A DNA stretch of 64,000 nucleotides from NCBI RefSeq assembly GCF_006345805.1, contig NC_043009.1:66774001-66838000 (forward strand), written 5' to 3'. Under the pieces are notes generated by a model. That model did no database searches and was not told where the DNA came from. It saw only the letters and a list, made by a program, of their open reading frames with translations. Both the position numbers and the translations under genes were made by a program. Below, one piece after another: positions 12,389 to 24,080 of the stretch (position 1 is the stretch's first letter; each line of letters starts with the position of its first letter). Origin of the DNA: Octopus sinensis. Lineage: Eukaryota.

Positions 12389-12632
12389 TATTCTTTATTG
12401 CCCACAAGGGGGTAAACATAGAGGGGACATCGACCTCAGTGCGTAACTGGTACTTAATTTATCGACCCCGAAAGGAGGAAAGGCAAAGTCGACCTCGGCG
12501 GAATTTAAACTCAGAACGTAACGGCAGATGAAATACTGCTAAGCATTTCGCCCGGTGTGCTGACGATTCTGCCAGCTCGCCGGACGAAATACCGTTAAGC
12601 ATTTTGTCCGGTGTGCTAACGATTCTGTCAGT
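12389..12632 (-). mobile_element. Family B SINE with partly duplicated head
   Basis: AAGTCGACCTCGGCGGAATTTAAACTCAGAACG; the head segment AAGCATTT..CCGGTGTGCT.ACGATTCTG.CAG occurs twice (about 12541-12575 and 12598-12632). Confidence 0.9.
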
Positions 12633-13832
12633 ATACAAATCTTTAGAAATATGTATACTGTTGTGATCAATAACCATGCAGAATACAATGGCATACATGA
12701 GCCTACTTAATACACTGGCCTATAAGATCACTGAAAATGTAAAAAAAAGATAGAAGTGTAGAAATGACTACTAAATGGTATCGTTTCACTCAAGAAGCAA
12801 CGGTTCTGTCTCCTCTATTGGATATAACATCAACAATGAGAAGGGTTACGTGTCTGTCATACACATTATTATGCTTAGGAGCCACACCTTACTGTCTTTT
12901 AAGCAAGAAAAAGTAGGACATATTTATGATAAAGCTTGTGTAAAAAGAGAGAGATGTACAAAACGATAGGATTATCGGAGCTGAATGCTGCGGGCAAGCA
13001 TGGAACAAAACAACAACAGCAACAGCAACAACAAATTTAAAATAACTGAAAAGTAATAAATTACAGACTGCGTCGAGTTGACTTCGAACTATTTATAAGA
13101 AACGACAAAAACTATTGCCTCGAATCGAAAACGCTTTTTCTCTATTGTTATTTTTGAATAAAAGTTGAATAAAAAAAATAAGACTAGCAATATTTAGATA
13201 TACATAATAGAAGTGGTTTTTGAAAATCTTGAGATATGAAGGAATCGATAAAAGCGACTGATTCTAAAGGAAGTTGGAGCTAAAGAATAGCATAAGTAAA
13301 TTAGATTATTAATGAGCAGAGATAAACTGAAATATATAAAACAAAATAAATAGCATAAATCTACTTGCTGTACCGGTAATTAATTATAGTTTTAATATAA
13401 TCGTTAGAAAATTAAATTAAGTTAGATGATAGATAGGAAAATGTTTGTAGATTTCAGAGAATTACCACTGGAAATATGATTTTTGACATAATATGCTAAC
13501 TAATTACACACTCCGGGAATATTTGACAAAATATCTTCACCCAAACAGAAAACAGGAATTATTTCCACCCAACGGGAGAAGGAATCTGTGTAGATGTTAG
13601 ATGTAATAGAAATGTTAATCAAATCTTTCTCAAAATACAGCTGTTTTAATAAAAAGGACTCTCTGGATAATGTAATCTTAGATACACTGCCTGAAGAACA
13701 ACACTGGAATGGTCATGGCGTAAAGCCAATACATAGGTCCTTCATTGAAATAGCCTTTACTCGGCTGCAGCCATGTTACTTAACTTCCAGTAAAGAAGCC
13801 CAAGACCTGAAAATCTGGGTGAAATGGTAGCT

Positions 13833-13987
13833 GGACCCTGGTCAACTGCTTCGTATTTTAATGTCCCCCGAAAGGATGATAAGCAAAATCGTCTTCGTCG
13901 GAATTTGAACTCAGAACTAAACAGCCGAAAGAAAAGCAGCTCGATGTTTTCCCTAGTGTGCTAACGATTAAGCCAGCTCGCCGCCTC
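13833..13987 (-). mobile_element. Family B SINE, degenerate
   Basis: CCCCGAAAGGATGATAAGCAAAATCG...GGAATTTGAACTCAGAAC...GCCAGCTCGCCGCCT. Confidence 0.8.
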
Positions 13988-14099
13988 CTTGCTTTCAAGA
14001 ATGATTATGTATACAATTGTTTTACTGAACAAACTTTCCGAACAAAAGTGTACACTTGCAGGGCAGAAATGAAGCGGTTCAAAGATGTATTTATTAAAG

Positions 14100-14380
14100 A
14101 AATATTGAAGTGTGGCCTCCATGTGCATGCGAGGGAAATATTGGAGACTAACCTACACATGTGGAGAGGGATCATCCATGGTGAAGCCCAACACCTCAGC
14201 ATATCATGAACTGGACATTTCGACGTTAAACTTGAACGTAGAAGGCCGAAAGAAGTGTTTTAAAATGTCCTTCTTAACCAGAAAGACAACAAATGGATTG
14301 GTCCATGACTATAGATGTGGATCCCGTTTGGGATTCTTACGCTGCCCCATGCGGACTCATAAAAGTAAAATTTGGCTGAT
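14100..14380 (+). mobile_element. Probable RTE-clade LINE 3' fragment, degenerate
   Basis: Frameshifted HVER..QHIMNWT..LERRRPKEV resembles the RTE RT C-terminus; it runs into an (AGT)n tail. Confidence 0.35.
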
Positions 14381-14471
14381 GATAGTAGTAGTAGTAGTAG
14401 TAGTAGTGGGGGTGGCGGCGTCGGTGGATGTGGTGGTGGTGGTGGTCGTCGTCGTCGTTGTCATCGTTGTG

Positions 14472-14517
<46 letters not shown>

Positions 14518-14582
14518 GGGTGGCGGCGTCGGTGGATGTGGTGGTGGTGGTGGTGGTCGTCGTCGTCGTTGTCATCGTTGTG

Positions 14583-14631
<49 letters not shown>

Positions 14632-14696
14632 GGGTGGCGGCGTCGGTGGATGTGGTGGTGGTGGTGGTCGTCGTCGTCGTCGTTGTCATCGTTGTG

Positions 14697-14737
<41 letters not shown>

Positions 14738-14745
14738 TGCTACTG
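14380..14745. repeat. Higher-order repeat: three copies of a 108-114 bp unit built from trinucleotide runs
   Basis: GGGGGTGGCGGCGTCGGTGGATGTGG starts at 14408, 14516 and 14630, each preceded by (AGT)n and followed by (GGT)n(CGT)nTGTCATCGTTGTGG. Confidence 0.95.
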
Positions 14746-16067
14746 CTGCTGCTGTTTATTGACATTGTAGGTGGTGCTGTTTGACCAGTGGCCGATCACG
14801 GTCAAGCTCCCCCCCCCCAATGAAGGGTATTACAGCTGTGACCGTTCTTCTTTTAAGTGTTTCTAGAACTACATTATCCAATAAATCCTTCCCTTTTTTA
14901 AGACGACATCATGTGTTTTGAAGGAGAGTTGGTTACTATTTTCAGCAGGTGAGGTAACCACTTAGTCGATCCGTCTGGTAGTGGTGTGTAGCCCAGCAGT
15001 TATTGGTAGATTTGGTGATGAATGTGGTGGAGTCGGTGATGAAGGTCTTGTAATAGGGTAGCTGTTGATGGTGAGCCTCAAATAAACAACCACCGCACAC
15101 ACCTAGCATAAAAGGTGCTCCAGCCATGACCATACAGTCTTTTCTATGCGATCATAAGAAACTTGTGGCGCTGGAGAAAGGTAGCATTGGCCTTCAGTGT
15201 ACTTAAGGAAGTGTTACTACTGCTGCTGCTGCTGCTGCTGTTGTTGTTGTTGTTGTTGTTGTTGTTAAACCACAAGACGGGTAAGGGTGATTAGGTGATG
15301 GTCTAATTTTGGTCGTCTTGTTGTAGTCGAGGGCTCTTCGTTGACGCCCGACACTACTGGGAGGTGGCCCTCGAAGTAGCTGGAGATGGAGATCTCCAGA
15401 TCCAAATGCTTGGACGGCTGCTGCTGGTGCTGCTGCTAGTCTAGCATGTATTGAGTACGACTCATTAAGTGAATGATACTGATCATAATGATTATGATGA
15501 TCATTATGACGGCGATTATTATTATTATTGAGTGGGAGATCAGTGCATGCCATCAAAGTGACACCAGGGTACAATTATACAAAGTCCAGTATACCCATCT
15601 GATAAGGGTACACCAAGCACATGCATCACAACTATATATGCCCGACATGGTGATCTCATATCAAGATAAACAGCACATGACCTTGTAGGTGGGGTCCAGT
15701 TAAAATTTTCTTCTGGTCAAGTAGTCCATCCCACTCAAAAGGTCCCTGAATAAGGATTGTTTAAGGATGTTGAACGAACCACCCATGTTTCCAGAGGTGA
15801 ATTATTCAAACCCCAAAGAATCCCCCTCAACACATGGCTATGATGCTCCCCCACTACTTCTGCTCGTGATCAGAGATGCACATATCGTCAGCCACCAAGG
15901 GACATGCTCAACTGGTTAAGGTCAAACAACTGACAAGCAAATCTGTGGTATTGAGCAGAATATTTGCTGTTGCCCATCTTTTATACCAAAGAATGTACGT
16001 GATAATACAAAAGCCATGAAAACCACTGCCTGGTACTGCATCAGGCAAAGCCACTGCCTTGTACTAC

Positions 16068-16285
16068 AAAGACGGCGAGCCGGCTGAATCAAGCAAAATC
16101 CTTAACGGCATTTCGTCCGTCGTCACGTTCTGGGTGCAAATACCGCCGGGGTCGACTTTGCCTTTCATCCTTTCGGGGCCGATAGAACGAATACCAGTAG
16201 AGCACCTGAGTCGATGGAATCGACATAACCCCCCTACCCCCACCCAGAACTGCAGTCCTTTAGCAAAATTTGGAAATATTATTAT
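16068..16285 (+). mobile_element. Family B SINE, diverged
   Basis: AAGACGGCGAGCCGGCTGAATC...GGGTCGACTTTGCCTTTCATCCTTTCGGGGCCGATAG. Confidence 0.8.
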
Positions 16286-16455
16286 AGTTGTTGTTGTTCT
16301 TTATTATTACTTTCATAATGAACAATTCGGATTGTTGAAACGATGTTCCCACTACAGATTACCTGCTTGTCCATTCCACAGTAAACTATTTTATCTCATA
16401 CTGTGTGACAAGATACTTTCACTGAATAAGAGATCAAGCTCTCCCATTCGCTAAG

Positions 16456-16494
<39 letters not shown>

Positions 16495-16527
16495 ATATAA
16501 ATACATATATACATACATACATTCATA

Positions 16528-16568
<41 letters not shown>

Positions 16569-16581
16569 CATACATACATTC

Positions 16582-16623
<42 letters not shown>

Positions 16624-16734
16624 CATACATACATTCATAATATATATACTTATATGCATGCATTCATAATATATATATATACATATATATACATACATTC
16701 ATAATATATACTTATGTGTGCATTCATGATATAT

Positions 16735-16783
<49 letters not shown>

Positions 16784-16830
16784 ATATATATATATATATA
16801 TATACATAAATACATACACACACACATATT

Positions 16831-16876
<46 letters not shown>

Positions 16877-18042
16877 CATATATACATATATATATACATA
16901 TATACATATATATGTATATATATACATATATATATACATATGTATGTGCATATATATGTGTGACAGTGTGTGTGTGTATAATAGATATTTGTGTGCGCCA
17001 AAAAATACATTAATGTAACTATGGTAAGTATTAAATCTTCCTTTTGTTAACGCTTCGTAAAAGTTTTCGTCCCCCTGCATTTACATATTTTGTTTATATC
17101 TGCATATATTTCGAATAGATATACATCTCTCTGTCACTTCTCCGCGTCTAGGTGTGTGCGTATGTGTATATGTGTGTGTATATACAGCCCATATATGTAT
17201 GCATTAATTTACGTGTTTGTAATGGTTGGTATTATTTTTTTTTGTATAAATATGTATCTAACCAGTTGATACTCAATCACGAATATATATAACTAATAAT
17301 TTCTATCTACATATTTATGACTAAAATTGTAATAGTGGCGGAACGTTGGATAACAGCATGTGTGCGCCATCTATGTATAGCTTTGTATGTATGTATCAAT
17401 GTATGTATGGGTGAATGCAGGCATGCGTGTATGTGTGTGCAAAGACACACATATGCATATCTATATTTACACACACATAATATATATATATATATTCATA
17501 TATATATATATATATTCATATATATAATATATATATATATATTATATATATATATATATTATATATATATATATATAATATATATATATATTATATATAT
17601 ATATATATTATATATATATATATATATTCATATATATATATGCATACATACATAATGTATGAAAGGAATGTACGAGCGCTAACATCTATTAAACTCTCCA
17701 AATACGTTCCGACTCTCATGTCAAACATAGCCACATGATTAACGTTAATGAAACTCCTGCCATTGGTTCTATGGCTCTGGAATCACCATAATCATATAAC
17801 TGAATTTTTGATGAACCGTCTTCAAGGACAGGCTTAGAAAGAATTAGATTCACAGATTTCTGGTATTACATAGGCGTCGATCTGCGACAACCGTCCACTT
17901 ACAAGAGCCACCAGTACTTCTGAACTTTACCCAAAATGTAATGTTTCTAATCAAAGTGAACTTTTTGGTTATTTTTGGTTGCATTTTGTTTGTTATTTTT
18001 CGTCAATTTTAATTCTAAAATTTATTCCCAAAAGTTAATGTG

Positions 18043-18225
18043 AGATAGCAGAGACGTTAGCGCGCTGGATGACTTGCTTAGCGTCACACCTCTTCCAGTC
18101 TTTTAGGTTCTGAGTTCAAATTCCCCTGATGTCGGCTTTGTTAAGAAACCTGTTGAACCCTAGACTGGATACAATCGAATTTCCCTAGTCCCTAAAATTA
18201 CTGGCCTTGTGCCAAAAGTTAATAA
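18043..18225 (+). mobile_element. Family B SINE, degenerate
   Basis: GCAGAGACGTTAGCGCGCTGG...GTTCTGAGTTCAAATTCC...CCCTAAAATTACTGGCCTTGTGCC. Confidence 0.7.
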
Positions 18226-18240
18226 TAATAAAAATATGCT

Positions 18241-19180
18241 GTGAGTCAATGGGCAGACAGAAACAAAATGCAACTGAATGAGGGAAAATTTGAGCTGATG
18301 CATTTTGGAAGAAATTCCTCACTAAAACAACCATACTCTCTTCCTTCAGGGGAACCGCTCACAGCCTCTAACAATAGCAGAGACCTGGGTGTAATTGTTG
18401 ATGACGATCTCAGTTGGAGTGCACACATCAACAAGAAGGTCGATATAGCTCGTAGGATGAGTTCCTGGATCTTAAGAACTTTCCGGTCCAGAGAACAAGG
18501 TGTCATCATACCACTTTTTTCCTCCTTTGTACGGCCACACCTTGAATACTGCTGCCCACTGTGGTCTCCTCACACAAGACAAAACATCTCCAGAATTGAG
18601 TCACCCCAGAGGGCTCTCACTAAACAAATTGAAGGCATGGCTGCTCTCGATTATTGGGATCGCCTTAAAGCCTTGAAACTTTACTCCCTCCAGCGTCGCC
18701 GTGAGCGGTACACCATGTATACGATGTGGAAAATATACCGCCAACTTTGCCCAAACGACCTAAACATTAGCTTCAAGGTTCATCCAAGACTTGGACCACG
18801 GGCTATACGTCCCCTGCCAAATTCAAGATCACAACATATATGTACACTGCAACATAATTTCTTTTCCTCAACAGGCCCTGACCTATTTAACATTGTCCCG
18901 AGGGAGATCAAAGAGGAAAAGGATCCCATCAACTTTAAACAGAGTCTGGATAGATTCCTTCAAAGAATACCAGATAAGCTACCCATAATTGGATACAACT
19001 GACCCAACAAGAACTCACTACTTGAACAAAACTGGATACAACTGACCCAACAAGAACTCACTACTTGAACAAAACTTGACTTAAACAGGATTCGAATAAT
19101 CCTATCAGGTGGTGCTATTAAGTTAGACATGGCCTGGACCAATCTTTGGTCGAAACATATCTAAGTTTATCTAAGTCTAA
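18241..19180 (+). mobile_element. 5'-truncated CR1-group LINE (RT C-terminal region plus 3' UTR)
   Basis: 253-aa open frame with RDLGVIVDDDLSWSAHI, FVRPHLEYCCPLWSP, LYSLQRRRERY and FKQSLDRFL, typical of CR1/L2-group ORF2. Tail repeats TCTAAG...TCTAAGTCTAAG. Confidence 0.9.
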
Positions 19181-19182
19181 GT

Positions 19183-19361
19183 AATAACAATAATGATAAT
19201 AATAGTAATAATAATAATAATAACAACAACAACAACAATAATAATAATAATAATATAATAATAATAATAATAATAACAATAACAGTAGCAATAATAATAT
19301 TAATAATAATAAAATAATAATAACAATAGCAATAATAATAATAACAATTATAATAATAATA

Positions 19362-19445
<84 letters not shown>
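19183..19445. repeat. (AAT)n microsatellite
   Basis: Direct reading; lies between the CR1 tail and the Dong-like fragment. Confidence 0.95.
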
Positions 19446-19446
<1 letters not shown>

Positions 19447-20220
19447 GAACGGCAGTAGCCCAACATGTCGTGTATGCCGACGACAAAATGAAACCATTGA
19501 TCATGTTGTCTCCAAATGCAGTCTTCTAGCGCCTACAGAGTACCTCAATAGGCATGATAGAGCTGCACAATATATTCACTGGGTAATTTGCAAAAACCTG
19601 GATTTGCCCATGAAAAAAACTGGTGGGAACACAATCCACCTCCAGTGCTTGAAAATGACCACATCTCACTCCTTTGGAACTTTACCATTCAAACTGACAG
19701 GAAGATAGATGCACATAGGCCAGACATCATATTGAAAGACTTCAAACAAAGAACATGCCTCCTCATTGATATGACTGTCCCAATCGATATAAACGTATCT
19801 GTCAAGATCTACCAAAAACTGAGCAAATATAAAGATCTTGAAATAGAAATCAGCAAAATGTGGTACCTGAAGACTAAAACAATACCTGTTGTCATAGGGG
19901 CCCTAGCAATGATAGCAAAGGGGCTGATTGCTACCTAACTCAGATACCAGGAAACCCAAAAATGGCAGAAATTCAAAAGATAGTGCTCATGGGATCTGCT
20001 CATATCCTACGCAAAATACTTTCTATGTAATCTCAAGGTTTAAAACAAACATAATTTTTTTTTTTAGACATCCACTAGTACAACACCAAAAAGGAAACAA
20101 CCAAATACATGGCACACTAGGCATAACAACAACGTGAACTTCCAGCCTGTTGTCTCTTGAGGTCTCTGGGTGAGACTTGGAGCCAACTTGTACAAATATA
20201 AAGCAAAGGTCAAACATATA
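19446..20220 (+). mobile_element. 5'-truncated R4/Dong-clade non-LTR element (zinc knuckle plus restriction-like endonuclease), two frameshifts
   Basis: Stitched translation CRVCRRQNETIDHVVSKC..EYLNRHD..HW..WWEH..LLWNFTIQTDRKIDAHRPDIILKD..CLLIDMTVP..KLSKYKDL..PVVIGAL..IQKIVLMGSAHILRK. Stop near 20030, 3' UTR ends in (AAT)n. Confidence 0.9.
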
Positions 20221-20478
20221 CTAATAATAATAATAATAACAACAAAGACAACAACAATAACAACAACAACAACAATAATAACAACAACAAAAACAATAAC
20301 AACAATAACAAAAACAATAACAATAACAAAAAAACAACAATAACAACAACAACAATAACAACAACAACAATAACAACAACAACAATAACAACAACAACAA
20401 TAACAATGACAATAACAACAACAATAACAACAACATAATAATAATAATGATGATGATGTGATGATGATGGTGATGATG
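20220..20478. repeat. (AAT)/(AAC)/(GAT) trinucleotide tract
   Basis: Direct reading. Confidence 0.95.
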
Positions 20479-20561
20479 AGGCGGCGTGAAGGCATTTTGC
20501 CCGTCTTCACTTTCTGAGTTGAAATTTCGGCAAGGCCGAATTTGCCGATCATCCTATCGCA
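20479..20561 (+). mobile_element. Family B SINE fragment
   Basis: AGGCGGCG...TTCTGAGTTGAAATTTCGGCAAGGCCGAATTTGCCGATCATCCTATCG. Confidence 0.55.
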
Positions 20562-23500
20562 AACGAAGGGAGGGAGAAATCTTCAATATTCCAGAGAGGG
20601 AGATTTGGGAGGGGCGAAGGATAGAAAGGGGAGTAAGAAATCTTTCACATACCAGAGTGGGTGATTTGAGGATGGAGGGGAGGAAGGCGAAGGAGAAATC
20701 TACGACATTCCAGAGAGGGGGATTTGAGATAGGGAAGGGGAGGAAGCGGAGGAAGGGGAGGGAGAAATCTTTGACATTCCAGAGAGGCGGATTTGAGATA
20801 GGGAAGGGGAGGAAGGGGAGGGAGAAATCTTCGACATTCCAGAGAGGGGGATTTGAGAAAGGGAAGGGGAGGAAGCGGAGGAAGGGAGAGGAGAATTCTT
20901 CGACATTCCAGAGAGGGGGATTTGAGACAGGGAAGGGGAGGAAGGGGAGGAAGGGCAGGGAGAAATATTCGACATTCCAGAGAGGGGGATTTGAGATAGG
21001 GAAGGGGAGGAAGGGTAGGAAGGGCAGGGAGAAATATTCGACATTCCAGAGAGGGGGATTTGAGATAGGGAAGGGGAGGAAGCGGAGGAAGGGAAGGGAG
21101 AATTCTTCAACATTCCAGAGAGGGGGATTTGAGATAGGGAAGGGGAGGAAGCGGAGGAAGGGGAGGGAGAAATCTTCGACATTCCAGAGAGGGGGATTTG
21201 AGATAAGGAAGAGGAGGAAGCGGAGGAAGGGAAGGGAGAATTCTTCAACATTCCAGAGAGGGCGATTTGAGATAAAGAAGGGGAGGAAGCGAGGGAGGGG
21301 AGGTAGAAATCTTCGACATTCCAGAGAAGGGGATTTGAGATAGGGAAGGGGAGGAAGCGGAGGAAGGGGAGGGAGAAATCTTCGACATTCCAGAGAGGGG
21401 GATTTGAGATAGGGAAGGGGAGGAAGGGGAGGAAGGGCAGGGAGAAATATTCGACATTCCAGAGAGGTGGATTTAAGATAGGGAAGGGGAGGAAGCGGAG
21501 GAAGGGGAGGGAGAATTCTTCGACATTCCAGAGAGGGGCATTTGAGATAGGGAAGGGGAATGTCGAATATTTCTCCCTGCCCTTCCTACCCTTCCTCCAC
21601 TTCCCTATCTCAAATCCCCCCTCTGGAATGTCGAATATTTCTCCCTGCCCTTCCTCCCCTTCCTCCCCTTCCCAATCTCAAATCCCCCTCTCTGGAATGT
21701 CGAAGATTTGAGATAGGGAAGGGGAGGAAGGGGAGAAAGGGCAGGGAGAAATATTCGACATTCCAGAGAGGGGGATTTGAGATAGGGAAGGGGAGGAAGG
21801 GGTGGAAGGGGAGGGAGAAATCTTCGACATTCCAGAGAGGGGCATTTGAGATAGGGAAGGGGAGGAAGCGGAGGAAGGGAAGGGAGAATTCTTCGACATT
21901 CCAGAGAGGGGCATTTGAGATAGGGAAGGGGAGGAAGCGGAGGAAGGGATGGGAGAATTCTTCGACATTCCAGAGAAGGGGATTTGAGATAGGGAAGGGG
22001 TGGAAGCGGAGGAAGGGAAGGGAGAATTCTTCGACATTCCAGAGAGGGGGATTTGCGATAGGGAAGGAGTTGAAGCGGAGGAAGGGGAGGGAGAATTCTT
22101 CCACATTCCAGAGAGAGGGATTTGAGATAGGAAAGGGGAGGAAGCGGCGGAAGGGGAGGGAGAAATCTTCGACATTCCAGAGAGGGAGATTTGAGATAGG
22201 GAAGTGGAGGAAGCGGAGTAAGGGATGGGGAATTCTTCGACATTCCAGAGAGGGGGATATTAGATAGGGAAGGGGAGGAAGGGGAAGAAGGGAAGGGAGA
22301 ATTCTTCGACATTCCAGAGAGGGGGATTTGAGATAGGATAGGGCAGGAAACGGTGGAAGGGAAGGGAGATTTCTTCGACATTCCAGAGAGGGGGATTTGT
22401 GAGGGCGAAGTGGAGGAAGGGGAAGATGGGGAGGGAGAGATATGCGACATTCGAGAGAGGGGGATTTGAGAGGGGAAAGGTGAGTAAGAGGAGGTAGGGG
22501 AGGGAGAAATCTTCGATATTCCAGATAGGGTGATTTGAGATGTGGAAGTGGAGAAAGGGGAGGGTGAAACATTCGGAATTCCAGAGAGAGGGATTTGAGG
22601 GGTAAATGGGAAAAACGGGAGGAAGTGGAAGGAGAAATCTTCGACATTCCAGAGAGGGGAATTTGAGAGGGGTAGGGGAGGATTGGGAGGAAGGGGATGG
22701 AGAAATCTGCGACATTCCAAAGGGGGGTATTTGAGAGAGGTAAGGGGACGAAGGAGAGGGGGATTTGAGAGGGAGAAGTTGAAAAAATGGAGGGAGAAAT
22801 TTTCGAAATTCCAGAGAGTGGTATTTGAAAGGGGGAAGGGGAGGAAGGGGGAAGGGGAGGGAGAAATCTTCTACATTCCAGAGAGGGGCATTTGAGAGGG
22901 GGAAGGGGAAGGAGAAATCTTCGACTTTCCAGAGAGGGGGATTTTAGAGGAGGAAGGGTATGAAGTGGAGGGAGAAATGTCAGGCATTCCAGAGAGGAAT
23001 GTCAGGAATGTGAAGAATTTGAGATATATCAGGAATGCCTGGAATGTCAGGGATGTCTGGAAAGTCTGTAATGTCAGAAATGGCTGGAATGTCTCGAATG
23101 TCAGGAATGTCTGAAATTTCAGGAATGTGTGGAATGTCAAAAATATCAGGAATGTCATTAACGTCGTTTAACGTCATTTAACGTCATTAACGTCATGTCC
23201 GAGATGTCTGGTATGTCAGGAATGTCTGGAATGTGAGGAGTGTCAGGAATTTCTGAAATGTGAGAAATGTAAGAATATCAGGAATGCCTGGAATGTGTGG
23301 GATGTCAGGAATGTCTGGAATGTCAGGAATATCTGGAATGTCAGGAATATCTGGAATGTCAGGAATGTCTGGAATGTCAGGAATATCTGGAATGTCAGAA
23401 ATGTCTGGAATATCTGGAATGTCTGGTTGTCAGGAATGTCAGGAATGTCTATAATGTGAGAAATGTGTGGAATGTGTGGAATGTGAGGAATGTCAGGAAT

Positions 23501-24080
23501 GTCTGGAATGTGAGGAGTGTCGGGAATTTCTGAAATGTCTGAAATGTGAGAAATGTCCGACATTCCAGGGAGGGGGATTTGAGAATGGGAAAGGGGGGAA
23601 GGGGAGTGAGAAAACTTCGACATTTCGGAGAGGGGGGATGGGAGGAAGCGGAGGGAGAAATCTTCGACATTCCAGAGAGAGGGGATTGGAGAGGGGGAAG
23701 GGGAGGGAGAAACCTTTAACATTCGGGAGAGAGGGATTTCAGAAGGGAAGGTGAGGAAGTAGATGGTGAAATCTTCAACATTCCAGAGAGGGGGATTAGA
23801 GAGGGGGAAGGGGTGGGATAAATCTTTTGCATTCCAGTGATGGGGATTTGAGAGGAGCAGAGGAAGAATGGGAGGAGAATTCTTCAACATTCCAGAGAGG
23901 GCGATATGAGAGGGGGAAGGGGAGCAAGTGGATGAAGCGTAGGGAGTAATCTTCAACATTCCAGTGAGGGGGATTTGAGAGGAGGAGGGGAGGGAGAAAC
24001 CTTCAACATTCGGAGAGGGGGATTTCGGAAGGGAACATGAGGAAGGAGATGGAGAAATCTTCAACATTCCAGAGAGGGAG
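20562..24080. repeat. Purine-rich minisatellite, 69-bp unit (60-bp variants), with an inverted block and a central 9-bp array
   Basis: Consensus TTCGACATTCCAGAGAGGGGGATTTGAGATAGGGAAGGGGAGGAAGCGGAGGAAGGGGAGGGAGAAATC. Inverted block 21557-21709; (GGAATGTC[A/T])n at about 22975-23560. Confidence 0.95.

Noticed and set aside
15540-16010. Complex-looking stretch that may be an interspersed repeat
   Set aside because: Single copy in this window with no ORF, TIR or TSD that I can show.
20562-24080. CRISPR-like appearance of a constant motif (GACATTCCAGAGAG) with variable intervening sequence
   Set aside because: The intervening parts are near-identical purine repeats, not unique spacers; no cas genes; eukaryotic context.
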